Of a stretch of 64,000 nt of DNA, positions 9,048-19,078 are shown one piece after another. Source of the DNA: Acidobacteriota bacterium. Lineage in GTDB: Bacteria > Acidobacteriota > Vicinamibacteria > Vicinamibacterales > CAVVIG01. The translations under genes and the position numbers were made by a program. A model generated the notes under the pieces. The model made no database searches. It was not told the origin of the DNA and was given only the letters and a program-made list of their open reading frames with translations. Position 1 is the first letter of the stretch. Every line of letters starts with the position of its first letter. The stretch covers positions 5,902 through 69,901 of the forward strand of contig QHWJ01000224.1 in assembly GCA_003222535.1 (NCBI GenBank), given 5' to 3'.

Positions 9048-10187
9048 ATGAGCGACCAAGCAGTTGCGCGGGATCCGTATCTGGTGAAGTCGGTCGTCCA
9101 TGCGTCTCGCCTGCTGTCGGCATTTCGATCGTCGGGTGAAGCGCTCCCGCTCCGCGAGATCTCTGGTCGGAGCGGCCTGCCGAAGAGCATGGCGTTCCGG
9201 CTTCTGTACACGCTCGAGCGATGCGGAATGGTCGAGAAGGTCGGCGAGAATCTCTATCGCTGCTCCGTGCGACCGTACAAGCCAAAGCTGTACAGACTGG
9301 GCTATGCCGCGCAGGGCACCGACTACCAGTTTTCCAAGGAAGTCTCGCTGAGCCTCGAGCGCGCCGCGGCAGCGGAGGGGGTCGAGCTCATCTCGCTCGA
9401 CAACCGCTACAACCCGAAGATCGCACAGCGCAACGCCGACATCCTGGTCCGTGAAAAAGTGGATCTGGTCATCGAGTTCCAGACCGACGAGCACGTCGCC
9501 CCGATCGTCGCGGCCAAGTACCGCGAGGCGAACATTCCCCTGATCGCGATCGAGGTGCCCCACCCCGGCGCGACCTACTTCGGCGCGAACAACTACGAGG
9601 CCGGTCTCATCGGCGGACGCTATCTCGGACGATGGGCGAAACAGCACTGGCATGCCGACGTCGACGAGATCGTGCTCATCACGCTCGAACGCGCCGGCAA
9701 CCTCCCGAAGATGCGGCTGACCGGCATGCTGGTCGGGATGAAAGAGGTCTTCCCGCGGCTCGAGCAATGCAAAGTGTTCCACCTGGACGGCGACGGCAAG
9801 TTCGGCCAGAGCTTCGAAGCCATGCGACGGCATTTGCGCTACAGCAAGTCGCGCCGATCGCTGGTCGGCGCGATCAACGATCCCAGCGCGCTCGGCGCAC
9901 TGCGTGCGTTTCAGGAGGCGGGCCGCACCGACTCGTGCGCCATCATGGGCCAGAATGCCTCACCCGAAGGCCGCGCCGAGTTGCGCGAGCCGGGGACACG
10001 CCTGGTCGGATCGGTCGCGTATTTTCCGGAAAAGTACGGCGCCGAGATCGTCGCCGTGGCGCTCGACATCCTCCACCGGCGCGCGGTGCCGCCGGCGGTG
10101 TTCGTCAAACATCAGCTCGTGACACCGGACACCGTGAACCACATCTATCCGAACGACGGGTTGATGACGCAGGGACTCCCTGCCTAG
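9048..10187 (+). CDS. Transcriptional regulator with an IclR-type winged HTH fused to a periplasmic-binding-protein (LacI/RbsB-like) sugar-binding domain
   Basis: The N terminus VVHASRLLSAFRSSGEALPLREISGRSGLPKSMAFRLLYTLERCGMVEK is IclR-HTH-like. The rest (YRLGYAAQGTDYQFSKEV...DNRYNPKIAQRNADILVREKVDLVIEFQTDE...GANNYEAGLIGGRYLG...SLVGAINDPSALGALRAF) matches the PBP type I fold pattern. Confidence 0.75.
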   Translation: MSDQAVARDPYLVKSVVHASRLLSAFRSSGEALPLREISGRSGLPKSMAFRLLYTLERCGMVEKVGENLYRCSVRPYKPKLYRLGYAAQGTDYQFSKEVSLSLERAAAAEGVELISLDNRYNPKIAQRNADILVREKVDLVIEFQTDEHVAPIVAAKYREANIPLIAIEVPHPGATYFGANNYEAGLIGGRYLGRWAKQHWHADVDEIVLITLERAGNLPKMRLTGMLVGMKEVFPRLEQCKVFHLDGDGKFGQSFEAMRRHLRYSKSRRSLVGAINDPSALGALRAFQEAGRTDSCAIMGQNASPEGRAELREPGTRLVGSVAYFPEKYGAEIVAVALDILHRRAVPPAVFVKHQLVTPDTVNHIYPNDGLMTQGLPA

Positions 10188-10203
10188 CATCGAGCATCCC
10201 CCG

Positions 10204-10284
10204 CCACGAAAAGCACGAAAGACACGAAAAGCACGAAAAAGATCATCGTGTTTCGTGTCTTTCGGGTTTTCGTGTCTTTCGTGG
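10204..10284. repeat. Long imperfect hairpin of CACGAAA units between convergent genes
   Basis: The sequence is ccacgaaaagcacgaaagacacgaaaagcacgaaaaag - atcat - cgtgtttcgtgtctttcgggttttcgtgtctttcgtgg. The unit period is 9-10 nt on each arm. The element lies between the stops at 10187 (+) and 10358 (-). Confidence 0.85.
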
Positions 10285-10357
10285 CCGAACGGGCAGATTC
10301 CTGGGAGCCGGGCCGAATCACCGCTCTCGACGCGACGCGGCGTTGCGACATTGATGG

Positions 10358-12697
10358 CTACCGCAGAAACGCCTCCGGGAGCCCGCCGTCGACCGGGATC
10401 ACGTGCCCCGTGGTCTTCGCGCTCGCGTCGCCGGCCAGCCAGCAGATCGCGTTCGCGCAATCCAGCGGCAGAATCGGCCGGCGGGTGATCGTCCGGCTCG
10501 CGTAGAACTCCGCCAGCTTCGTCCTGAGCGCTTCCGTCGGCTCCTCGTCCGAGAACGCGATGCCGTACTTCTGCAGGGCGGCGATCACGCGATCGCGCGG
10601 GAACATCGACGATCCGGCGATGACGGTGGCCGGCGCGACGCCGTTCACCCGGACGAGCGGGCCCAGACCGATGGCGAGCTCGCGGATCAGGTGATTGACG
10701 GCGGCCTTGCTCACGTCATAGGCCTCGCTGCCGCTCTTGGGAACGATCGCGTTCGCCGAACCGGTGAGGACCATCGCGGCCGGCAGGTTCTGCGCCTTCA
10801 ACACACGCGCCGCTTCCTCAGCCAGCACGTAGTTACCGGTGACGTTGATGTCCAGCGTTCTGGTCCAGACCGACTCCGCGCTCGTCGTGGACGGATCGGG
10901 CGTGGGATAGATCGCCGCGGTGTTGATCACGATGTCGACGCCGCCGAACGCCAGGATCGTGCCGCGCAGAACCGTGGCGATGCTCTCGCGCGACGAGAGA
11001 TCGAGCGTCGCGGCCATGCCCATCTCGGGTGATGACAGCTGCTGCGCCTCGGCCCAGGTCGATTCGGCATTCGCGCCGTTCTGATCGGCGACGACGACAT
11101 GCGCGCCGCGCCGGGCAAGCAGGAGCGCGACCGCCCGGCCGATGCCGCTGCCGCCGCCAACGACCAGCGCGATCTTCCGGCTGAGCTCGCGCTCCGCCGG
11201 CATCCGCTGCAGCTTCGCCTCCTCGAGCGCCCAGTACTCGATGCGGAACGCCTCGGTTCTTGGCAGCGCGACGTAATTGTGAAAGCTCTTGAATTCGTTC
11301 GCCTGCTCCGGCCGTCGCGCCTGCGGCAGCGGGAACCTAGAGTTCGCAGAAACCGCGGAGGTACCAGTGCCCCGGTTGCTCTGCGGACTCTCGGTTCGAA
11401 CCGCATCGAGCCCGGTCTGGCTCTCTTCGAGCGCCGTCGCGCCGGCCATCACATGGACGGCGTTGACGAAGAACTCCGTGGTGATCCGCGCTTCACGTTT
11501 GTCTCTGCCGAAGCCGAACACACCGAGCGCAGGAATCACGACGACCGACGGGTTCGCATCCCGCAGGGCGGGGGAGTCAGCCTGCGCGCAGGCTGCGTAG
11601 TACGCCGCATACGCTTCACGATAACGGCCGATCCGTTCGACGAACCGCTGCTGAAGCCGGGCGGTGTCTTCACGCTCGGGATTCCAGGGTACGAACATCG
11701 GGCAGATCCGGGTCCGCAGGAAATGGTCCGGACAACTCGTGCCCATCTGGCAGAGGTCCGCAGCCCAGAGTGAATTCGCAAACCTCAGCGCCTCGTCTGA
11801 TTTGTTGTAATGCGCTATGACGCGGCGGTTCGACGAGACGAGCCCCCGCAGGTGTGGCAGAACGGCCGCGGCCGCCGCATCGCGATCCACGGTCGTCGTC
11901 AGGCTGGCCCCGCCGAAGAGCGGCCGCCCGGACCCGCGCGCGTGGTCCTCGACGAGCTCTCCCATCTGATCGATCGTCTTGATGCTGTTCACGTAGCACT
12001 CATATGCCGTCGCGCCCCAGGTGAAGAGCCCGTGGCTGCCGAGCAGGAGACCGTCGCATCCTGGATGCTCGTCCACCGCCCGCCGCAGCATCACGCCCAG
12101 CTCGAATCCGGGTCGCTGCCAGGGCACCCAGACGATATGCCGCCCGAAGCGATCGTTGAACGCCTCCAGCTTCTTGTCGCCGTTGGCGCTTGCCGCCAGC
12201 GCGATGCACCAATCCGGGTGAAGATGATCGACGTGGTCGAACGGCAGGAGCGCGTGCAAAGGCGTGTCGATGGACGACGCCACGCGGTTCTCGCCGAACG
12301 CGCACAGCGGATAGAAGCCGACCATCTCGTCTTCGTGCGCTTCACCGCGATAGCGCCCGAGCAACTGTTCGACCTTGTCGAGGTACAGCACGGCGAAGCC
12401 CGAGGCGCCGATCGAACGCAGATCGCCGCCGCTGCCCTTCACTGCCAGCACGCGGGCGGACTTGCCCGTCAGCGGATCCGGCAGCGTGAACTTCGAGCTC
12501 GTATTCCCACCGCCGAAGTTCGTGATGCGCAGATCCGCTCCGAGCAGGTTCGAGCGGTACCGCAGGAGCTCGAGCGGATGCGCCGACAGCTTGACGGCTT
12601 CCACCTCGTCCCAGAGATTCTGCAGGTACTTCGTCGCCGTCGAGGCCGTATCAGACACGCGTGAGCTCCGCGTAGTGTGGTGCATGCGAACAATCAA
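10358..12697 (-). CDS. Bifunctional rhamnulose-1-phosphate aldolase / short-chain dehydrogenase (class II aldolase-adducin domain plus SDR)
   Basis: The N-terminal half has LRYRSNLLGADLRITNFGGGNTSSK, typical of the long RhaD-like aldolase domain. The C-terminal half has the SDR motifs VVGGGSGIGRAVA and YDVSKAAVNHL (YxxxK). A TTG start at 12697 would overlap the rhaB stop (TTGA). An alternative ATG lies at 12685. Confidence 0.85.
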   Translation of the reverse strand: MIVRMHHTTRSSRVSDTASTATKYLQNLWDEVEAVKLSAHPLELLRYRSNLLGADLRITNFGGGNTSSKFTLPDPLTGKSARVLAVKGSGGDLRSIGASGFAVLYLDKVEQLLGRYRGEAHEDEMVGFYPLCAFGENRVASSIDTPLHALLPFDHVDHLHPDWCIALAASANGDKKLEAFNDRFGRHIVWVPWQRPGFELGVMLRRAVDEHPGCDGLLLGSHGLFTWGATAYECYVNSIKTIDQMGELVEDHARGSGRPLFGGASLTTTVDRDAAAAAVLPHLRGLVSSNRRVIAHYNKSDEALRFANSLWAADLCQMGTSCPDHFLRTRICPMFVPWNPEREDTARLQQRFVERIGRYREAYAAYYAACAQADSPALRDANPSVVVIPALGVFGFGRDKREARITTEFFVNAVHVMAGATALEESQTGLDAVRTESPQSNRGTGTSAVSANSRFPLPQARRPEQANEFKSFHNYVALPRTEAFRIEYWALEEAKLQRMPAERELSRKIALVVGGGSGIGRAVALLLARRGAHVVVADQNGANAESTWAEAQQLSSPEMGMAATLDLSSRESIATVLRGTILAFGGVDIVINTAAIYPTPDPSTTSAESVWTRTLDINVTGNYVLAEEAARVLKAQNLPAAMVLTGSANAIVPKSGSEAYDVSKAAVNHLIRELAIGLGPLVRVNGVAPATVIAGSSMFPRDRVIAALQKYGIAFSDEEPTEALRTKLAEFYASRTITRRPILPLDCANAICWLAGDASAKTTGHVIPVDGGLPEAFLR

Positions 12698-14151
12698 CTA
12701 CAGTAGTGTTGAAACCGGCGATATTCCGCATCCCACCGGTCCCGAGCGATCGGCTCGAACCGTTCGACCGGGAACGACCGGCCGATGATCGCGCGCGCCT
12801 CCGAGAGTGAACCGACCGCGCCGGTCGCCATCATCTGCACGCCGATGTTGCCGAGCGCTGTCGCCTCCGCCGGACCCGCGGTCACGGCGCGTCCGGTGGC
12901 GTCCGCGGTCCATTGCTTCAGGAGGCGGTTGCGCGATCCTCCGCCGACGATGCGAATCTCATCGAAGCGGCGGCCGGTGAGCTCCTCGAGCGATTCGAGG
13001 ACCGCTCTGTACTTGAACGCCAGGCTCTCCAGGATCGCGCGCGCGAAAGCCGCGGGCTCTTCGGGTTCGGGCTGGCCGGTCCTCCGGCAGCACTCCGCGA
13101 TGGTCGCGGGCATGTTGGCCGGGTTCAGGAACGCCGGGTTGTCGGGATCGATGAGGGATCGAAACGCCGACCGCTCGTCGGCGGCCCCGGCAACCAGCGC
13201 TTCATACGGGAGATCCCGGCCCAGTGACTTCCAATGCCGCCGGCAGGACTGCAGCAGCCAGAGTCCCCCGATGTTTTTCAACAGCCGTGTCGTGCCACAG
13301 ACGCCGCCTTCATTGGTGAAGTTGAGCGCGAGCGCTCTCGACGTGATGATCGGCTCGCGCAATTCGGTGCCCAGCAGCGACCAGGTCCCCGAGCTCAGGA
13401 AGGCGGTATTTCCCGACGCCGACACCGACGCAACCGCCGATGCCGTGTCGTGGCAGGCCGGGGCCACGACCGGTGTTCCCGCGCAGGCGGCCGACACGCT
13501 CGCCTGCAGCGTGCCGATCATCGTCCCGGGTTCCACGAGCGGTTGCAGCAGCCTGGCTGGCAACCCGATCTCCTCCAGCATCTTCGTGGCCCACGTCCGG
13601 GTCCGCGCGTCGATGAACTGCGTGGTCGTTGCCACCGTGTACTCGGACATCAACGCGCCCGTCAGCCAGTAGTTCAACAGATCCGGGATGGTGACGAGCG
13701 CGCGTGCGGCGTCGACGAGGCCCGGCGTCGCGCGGCAAGCCGCATAGAGCTGGTACATGGTGTTCATCGGCAGAAACTGAATGCCGGTGATCGCGTAAAT
13801 CCTGTCGCGGCACACGCGCTCGAACACCGCCTCCATCACGCCGCTGGTCCGCCGGTCGCGATAGTGATACGGGTTCTCGATGAGGTTGCCCCGCTCGCCG
13901 ATGAGCGCGTAATCGACCCCCCAGCTGTCGACGCCGACGCTTTGCAGGCGCGTGCCGCCAAGGTCTTCGAGCGCGCGCCGCATCTCCCGCCAGAGCTGGA
14001 GGACGTCCCACTGCAAGGAACCGTTCCGACGGACCGGCTCGTTCGAAAAGCGGTGGATCTCGCGGACACCGAGGACGCCACAGTCCAGCGTGCCGAGCAT
14101 CGCCCGGCCGCTTTCGGCGCCGAGATCGAACGCAAGAAAGTGGGCCGTCAC
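12694..14151 (-). CDS. rhaB: Rhamnulokinase (FGGY carbohydrate kinase family)
   Basis: Supporting motifs are MTAHFLAFDLGAESGRAMLG, SVGVDSWGVDYALI, and the C-terminal VGGGSRNRLLKQWTADATGRAV. The gene lies next to the aldolase/SDR gene. Confidence 0.85.
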   Translation of the reverse strand: MTAHFLAFDLGAESGRAMLGTLDCGVLGVREIHRFSNEPVRRNGSLQWDVLQLWREMRRALEDLGGTRLQSVGVDSWGVDYALIGERGNLIENPYHYRDRRTSGVMEAVFERVCRDRIYAITGIQFLPMNTMYQLYAACRATPGLVDAARALVTIPDLLNYWLTGALMSEYTVATTTQFIDARTRTWATKMLEEIGLPARLLQPLVEPGTMIGTLQASVSAACAGTPVVAPACHDTASAVASVSASGNTAFLSSGTWSLLGTELREPIITSRALALNFTNEGGVCGTTRLLKNIGGLWLLQSCRRHWKSLGRDLPYEALVAGAADERSAFRSLIDPDNPAFLNPANMPATIAECCRRTGQPEPEEPAAFARAILESLAFKYRAVLESLEELTGRRFDEIRIVGGGSRNRLLKQWTADATGRAVTAGPAEATALGNIGVQMMATGAVGSLSEARAIIGRSFPVERFEPIARDRWDAEYRRFQHYCS

Positions 14152-14155
14152 AATC

Positions 14156-14932
14156 TCACAGCCGCTTGAGCCAGATGTTGCGGAATTCCACTTTCATGGG
14201 CGGGCCGACGTGCATCTGGAACCCGATCAGCCCGCCGAGTTGACGGTTCTTCAGGTCCTCGTCGACGACCATGCTCATGACGGCGCCATTCAGGATCTGG
14301 ATGATCGTGCTGCCGCGCGCGATCACATGAATCTGGTTCCAATCGCCGGTCTTGATGAGCGCCTTCAGCTCGTCGGGCGCCTGCTGCAGATTGCCGATCA
14401 CTTTCGGGCGGCCGCCGTCCGGTATGTAGGTGGCCTGGCCGCGCAGCGCGAGAAAACCGCGCCCGCGCTCCTCGTAGATCTGGCCGGTGTACTGATTGTC
14501 CGCGTCGATGTCCGCCTGATAGCCCTGCATCACCCATCTGCCGATGTCGGGGCCCGCCGGCAGCTGCACGCTGCGGATCTGGACGCCACTGTTGGTGGCG
14601 CTGAGCCGGTACTCGAGCTTCAACTCGAAGTCTCTGGGGACCCCGCCGCGCCAGATGAGAAATGTGTTCTGCTTGACGGGGTTCTCCGCCGAGCTCTGCC
14701 CGATCAACGCGCCATTGGCCGCCCGCCAGAACGCCGGATCGCCGTCCCAACCCTTCAGGGACGAGCCGTCGAAAAGGGATTCGAATCCGGCGTGGTCGGC
14801 CATCGCGAGAGGCTCCGGACGGATCGGTGGCGCGCCACCACGCCCTCGTCCCTGCGGCGGACCGGGCACGGCCTGCGCAGTCAGGGTGGCGGCAGTCATG
14901 ACGGCGATCGCGAGCGGGTGTTTCATCAACAT
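14156..14932 (-). CDS. Secreted DUF1080 (3-keto-disaccharide hydrolase-like) protein
   Basis: The ORF track gives 14156..15187. The ATG at 14932 overlaps the upstream TAA by 1 nt (TAATG) and gives [24 protein letters not shown]1080 hallmarks are [29 protein letters not shown] and the terminal [11 protein letters not shown]. Confidence 0.85.
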   Translation of the reverse strand: MLMKHPLAIAVMTAATLTAQAVPGPPQGRGRGGAPPIRPEPLAMADHAGFESLFDGSSLKGWDGDPAFWRAANGALIGQSSAENPVKQNTFLIWRGGVPRDFELKLEYRLSATNSGVQIRSVQLPAGPDIGRWVMQGYQADIDADNQYTGQIYEERGRGFLALRGQATYIPDGGRPKVIGNLQQAPDELKALIKTGDWNQIHVIARGSTIIQILNGAVMSMVVDEDLKNRQLGGLIGFQMHVGPPMKVEFRNIWLKRL

Positions 14933-16092
14933 TAGGCCACCTTCACGTGCGCCGCGGGAACGGCTTCCCACTGGCGGGTCTTCGCCGATTTCAACACGGC
15001 GTCGGTCACGCAGTCGGTCGCCAGGCCGTCGCGAAACGTCGGCGGGGTCGGCGTGCCTTCGCCGAGGCCCAGGAGGAAGTCGGCGAACTGGTGGATGAAC
15101 GTGTGCTCGTACCCGATCTGAAGGCCCGGCACCCACCAGTGCTTCATGTAGGGATGGTCGCTGTCGGTGACGTGGATGCTGCGCCACCCGCGAACGCGTC
15201 CTTCATCGCGATGATCGAACCATTGCAGCCGGTGCAGATCGTGCAGGTCCCAGCGCCCCGAGGCGTGCTCGCCGTTGATCTCGAGCGTGTACAGCGCCTT
15301 GTGCCCGCGCGCGTACCGCGTGGCCTCGAACAGCGCCAGCGATCCGTTCTCGAAACGACACAGGAACGCGCTCGCATCGTCGATCCCGACCGGCTCCACC
15401 TTCCCCGTCAGCGTATGCGTCCGCTCCTTGACGAACGTCTCGGTCATCGCCGTCACTTCCGCAATCGAGCCGTTCAACCAGAGAGCGGTGTCGATGCAGT
15501 GCGCGAGCAGGTCGCCGGTCACGCCGCTGCCGGCCACGCCAGCGTCCAGACGCCACAATCCCTCGCCGCCCTGAGGCAGGTCCCGCGAAATCGTCCAGTC
15601 CTGCAGAAACTGCGCGCGGTAGTGAAAGATGCGCCCCAGCCTGCCGTCGTCTATCAGCGTCTTGAGGAGAACAACCGCCGGCACACGACGGTAGTTGTAC
15701 CAGACCATGTTGGCGACGCCAGCCCCTTCGGCCGCCGAGACCATCGCCTGCGCCTCCGCCGCGGTCCGGCCGAGGGGTTTTTCGCAGGTGACCATCTTTC
15801 CCGCGCGAGCCGCGGCGATGGCGATCTCGGCGTGCGTGTCGTTCGGGCTCGCGATGTCGATCAGATCGATGTCTTTGCGGTCCACGACCGCCCGCCAGTC
15901 GGTCTCAGCGGATTGGTAGCCCCACGTGTCGGCGAACTTCCGCACGCGGTCGGCATTGCGGGCGACGACCGCCTTCAGGACGGGCTGATACGGCACATCG
16001 AAAAATCGTGGCGCCTGGAGGAACGCATGGCTGTGCGTCTTCCCCATGAACCCGTAGCCGACGAGCGCGATATTGAGCGGTTTCTTCGCCAT
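14932..16092 (-). CDS. Gfo/Idh/MocA family oxidoreductase
   Basis: [24 protein letters not shown] is the Rossmann motif and VTCEKPL is the family motif. GGAGGG lies upstream of the ATG at 16092. Confidence 0.9.
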   Translation of the reverse strand: MAKKPLNIALVGYGFMGKTHSHAFLQAPRFFDVPYQPVLKAVVARNADRVRKFADTWGYQSAETDWRAVVDRKDIDLIDIASPNDTHAEIAIAAARAGKMVTCEKPLGRTAAEAQAMVSAAEGAGVANMVWYNYRRVPAVVLLKTLIDDGRLGRIFHYRAQFLQDWTISRDLPQGGEGLWRLDAGVAGSGVTGDLLAHCIDTALWLNGSIAEVTAMTETFVKERTHTLTGKVEPVGIDDASAFLCRFENGSLALFEATRYARGHKALYTLEINGEHASGRWDLHDLHRLQWFDHRDEGRVRGWRSIHVTDSDHPYMKHWWVPGLQIGYEHTFIHQFADFLLGLGEGTPTPPTFRDGLATDCVTDAVLKSAKTRQWEAVPAAHVKVA

Positions 16093-16127
16093 CTACCCTC
16101 CACTCGAACTCATCTCATAAACGCGAC

Positions 16128-16306
16128 GTCCTTGGTCCTTTGTTCTTCGTACTCAGTCCGTCCTTGGCCCGTGGTCCGGCCCTGGTCCGGAGTCCCTGGT
16201 CCGCCCACCCAGGGCCGAGGACCTTGGACGGACTCAGGACCTTGGACGGACCAAGCACGAAGGACCAAGAACCAAGGACCAAGAACCAGGACCAAGAACC
16301 AAGGAC
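16128..16306. repeat. Intergenic hairpin element of about 180 nt built of GGTCCTTG / CAAGGACC-type units
   Basis: The left arm is gtccttggtcctttgttcttcgtactcagtccgtccttggcccgtggtccggccctggtccgg... The right arm is ...ggaccttggacggactcaggaccttggacggaccaagcacgaaggaccaagaaccaaggaccaagaaccaggaccaagaaccaaggac. The right arm consists of 8-9-nt tandem units. Confidence 0.8.
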
Positions 16307-16307
16307 T

Positions 16308-17360
16308 CTAACTCCACCCGTGCGCGTTGCGGACCGCCATCATGGTCGTGAGCACGGCCGTCCACGTGTCCGGCTGCATCATCGTGGCGTTCGGAAACAT
16401 GCAGCCATCCCAGCAGATGTGCTCGAACGCGCGCGTCGGCTTTCCATTGTCGTCGCGCAGCCAGAAGCCGGCGTGGCGGGCGACATCCAGCTTGCCGTTC
16501 GGATCGTTGGGCAGGCAATGACGGCCCGTCTTGTCGTGCGATCCCGACCCCTTCACGGTCGCGTCGTTCTGCGCCACGTGAAAATCGAACGTCCACGGCC
16601 TCAACGCCCGCGTCATCGTCTTCAACGCATCGTCGAGCGCATCCGGGCTCGTCCATTCGAACGCCTCCGGCAGCAGTCGATCCTCGGGTGCGTTGTAACC
16701 AAGCGTGAACAGAAGCGTGTGCGCCATGTCTGCCTGGAAGCCGAGTGTCTTCGGCCGATCCACTTCTTCGAGCAGCTCGAGGTTCCGCTTCCAGCTGTGC
16801 ATCCCGCCCCAGCAGATCTCGCCTTCGGCCGCGAGCCGCTCGTCGAACGCCTCCGCGACCGCGCACGCCTCGCGGAAGGTTTGAGCGATCTTCTTCGTAT
16901 TGCCGTGCGGGTCGATGGCCCACTCGGCCGGACTCGCGGCAGAATCGATCCGGATGACGCCGGATTTCCGGATCCCCGCGTCACGGAGCTTCTTGCCAAT
17001 CTCGCAGGCTTTCCGGACCTGCGTCACGAACTGCTTGCGCTCGCTTGCGTCCCCCATCGCGGAGCCGCCGCCCGTTGGCGGCCAGACCGGCGCCACCAGC
17101 GAGCCGACCGCCAGGCGTCGCGCACGGATACGATCGGCGAGACGCTTGACCTCATCGTCGCTCGAGTCGATGCTCACGTGCGGATCGAAGAGAAACAGGT
17201 CGACACCGTCGAACCTGACGCCGCCGACCGACGCGTTGGCGGTGAGATCGAGCATCGTCTCGAGGTCGATCGGCGGCTCTGAGTCCGGGCCTTTGCCCAC
17301 GAGCCCTGGCCACATCGCATTGTGGAGGGCGGGAAACTTGTGCTGGGACGCGCCGTTCAT
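16308..17360 (-). CDS. Xylose-isomerase-like TIM-barrel protein (sugar phosphate isomerase/epimerase family)
   Basis: The ORF track gives 16308..17366 with a GTG start. The ATG at 17360 has GGAGGTG about 5 nt upstream. The assignment to this family rests on sequence style ([24 protein letters not shown]...ICWGGMHSW...FQADMAHT...FDFHVAQND) and on its position next to Gfo/Idh/MocA and DUF1080. That trio commonly occurs together. Confidence 0.75.
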   Translation of the reverse strand: MNGASQHKFPALHNAMWPGLVGKGPDSEPPIDLETMLDLTANASVGGVRFDGVDLFLFDPHVSIDSSDDEVKRLADRIRARRLAVGSLVAPVWPPTGGGSAMGDASERKQFVTQVRKACEIGKKLRDAGIRKSGVIRIDSAASPAEWAIDPHGNTKKIAQTFREACAVAEAFDERLAAEGEICWGGMHSWKRNLELLEEVDRPKTLGFQADMAHTLLFTLGYNAPEDRLLPEAFEWTSPDALDDALKTMTRALRPWTFDFHVAQNDATVKGSGSHDKTGRHCLPNDPNGKLDVARHAGFWLRDDNGKPTRAFEHICWDGCMFPNATMMQPDTWTAVLTTMMAVRNAHGWS

Positions 17361-17427
17361 GGACACCTCCGATTCTCAGGAGACGCTCGGCTGAAGCCTT
17401 CGCGCTGCACATCGGGCGAAGACTTTA

Positions 17428-17585
17428 CAGCCCGTGGTGAAAGTCTGGCGTCGCACCGAGACGGGCGAGGCGCCCCGCTGGCAAGGCGCGACGACCGAGA
17501 ATACCGGGAGTATTTGAGCGAGGAGCAACGCAGCCAGCGGGGATGCATCGCCCGTCGAATGCAGCCAGACTTTCACTACGGGCTG
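17428..17585. mobile_element. MITE-like element of 158 bp with 22-bp terminal inverted repeats and a flanking TTTA direct repeat (alternatively a structured intercistronic RNA)
   Basis: The left terminus is cagcccgtggtgaaagtctggc (17428-17449). The right terminus is gccagactttcactacgggctg (17564-17585). They are complementary at 21 of 22 positions, and the single mismatch would be a G.U pair in RNA. Nested perfect stems are gacgggcga/tcgcccgtc (17460-68 / 17548-56) and ccccgctggc/gccagcgggg (17473-82 / 17533-42). TTTA flanks the element at 17424-27 and 17586-89. Confidence 0.55.
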
Positions 17586-17599
17586 TTTAGGCGAGCCGC

Positions 17600-18823
17600 T
17601 CATATGGATTTCAACAGCAACGGCGCGGCGTCGGGGTTGCCCGGTCCAAAATGCTTGAGGATGACGAGCGGATCGGTCTGGCTCTTGTTCTCGACGCGCA
17701 CGCCCGTCTGCGCCGCCTCGTTCGAGACGAAGAGCTCATCCTCCGTCAGCTGTCCGAATCGGATCATCGACGGTGTCGACACGCTGTGAGTGCCGAAGGT
17801 GCCGTGACCCTGCGTGAGGATCAAGCCGTAGGCGGCCGCGTCGCGGATCGTCACCGTCCGCTTCGGCAGAACCGTCAGCTCCTTCGCCGAGTAGTACCGG
17901 GTGCCGTAACAGACCCATTGCTCGCGATAGCCGTCCGGCTCGGTTTCCCCCGTCGGCCGCACCGGCGTCGGGAACACGCGGTTCGTCCTGGCGAACTCAG
18001 GATCCACGTTCGCGTCCCAGTCGAGCATCCCGATGATGTAGTCGAGATCGTGATGGCGCTCCTTCGGCACGTCCTTCGTCAGCAGACTCCAATCGATGAT
18101 GCGCCCTTCCACCTCGGATTGAAACATCGCGAAGACGTCGCTGTTGACCTGCGGTTCGTAGGTGACGAGCGAACCGGGCGCGTGCAGGATTCCCGGATTG
18201 ATCTGCCATCCGGTGCCGGGCTGCAGTCTGAACGCCCGGGAGAGGAAGAGAATGCCGTTATCGCCTGTCGTCCACTTCTCCAGGCATCGCCGCACGTCGC
18301 CTCTGGTCGTGCCCGGCTCGAGTCCCATGAACGTGTACGGAAAGTTGTTTTCGAGCTGGTTGTACTGCGGCGGAAAATAGTACGCCTCGGGTTTACCACG
18401 TCGGCCGACCCGCCTGGCGTCCTCGTCGCTCTGGTGCATGTGATGCGGAATCGGCCCCATGTTGTCGAAGAACTTGCAGAGCAGGTTCCATCCGCGTTCC
18501 CGCTGCATCACGGCCGATCCGATGAGCAGGTCGCCCGCCGCCTCCACCGCGTCCTTCAACAGAAAACGCGTGCCGTCGCCGGGCCTCACGTAACTGAGCC
18601 CCTCGTCGGGCGGCGTCCCCGGGCCGTTGTCCGCGTTCGTTGTGGACGAGAGCCACCGCTCGTTGATGCCGCCGCGATGCCCTCCGAGCGCATACAGGTC
18701 GTCGGGGTGCAGTTTGAGGCGGCGCCCAGGCAACATGAACGTGCGCGGCACCCATGAGGGCTCGAGCCGGAGGATTCCCGATCCGGCGTCGATGGTTGCT
18801 TGAACTGCGGAGCGACTCACCAT
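17600..18823 (-). CDS. Hypothetical protein, cupin / phosphomannose-isomerase-like (putative sugar isomerase)
   Basis: This is a long clean ORF (track 17600..18862) with an ATG at 18823 (MVSRSAVQATIDAG...). The functional call is only a resemblance in length and style to class I mannose-6-P-isomerase-like cupins found in sugar clusters, so it is weak. Confidence 0.6.
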   Translation of the reverse strand: MVSRSAVQATIDAGSGILRLEPSWVPRTFMLPGRRLKLHPDDLYALGGHRGGINERWLSSTTNADNGPGTPPDEGLSYVRPGDGTRFLLKDAVEAAGDLLIGSAVMQRERGWNLLCKFFDNMGPIPHHMHQSDEDARRVGRRGKPEAYYFPPQYNQLENNFPYTFMGLEPGTTRGDVRRCLEKWTTGDNGILFLSRAFRLQPGTGWQINPGILHAPGSLVTYEPQVNSDVFAMFQSEVEGRIIDWSLLTKDVPKERHHDLDYIIGMLDWDANVDPEFARTNRVFPTPVRPTGETEPDGYREQWVCYGTRYYSAKELTVLPKRTVTIRDAAAYGLILTQGHGTFGTHSVSTPSMIRFGQLTEDELFVSNEAAQTGVRVENKSQTDPLVILKHFGPGNPDAAPLLLKSI

Positions 18824-19078
18824 GCGTTCCAGCCCGTGGGAGGGCCGCGCCGGCCAGACCACGAATACCTGCGTGCGTGACGATACTAGGCTGGCCCGGC
18901 GACGGCAAGGGTCGCCGCCACCAGAACGCTCATTTCACTGTGAAAGATGTAGGCCGCGGGCTGCCGGCAGACTTAATTGGCTGAGAAGCCACGCAGTTGA
19001 CGTGAGAACCCGCGCGCATAGAAGGGGATCGGCGGGCCTGGGTCTCGGTTTGGCGTTGCGCGATGCAAAACGTCCCGC

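Noticed and set aside
8688-9833. 381-aa minus-strand ORF spanning the 8.7-9.0 kb gap and the regulator gene.
   Set aside because: It overlaps the well-supported IclR-HTH/PBP gene in antisense. The sequence is not protein-like.
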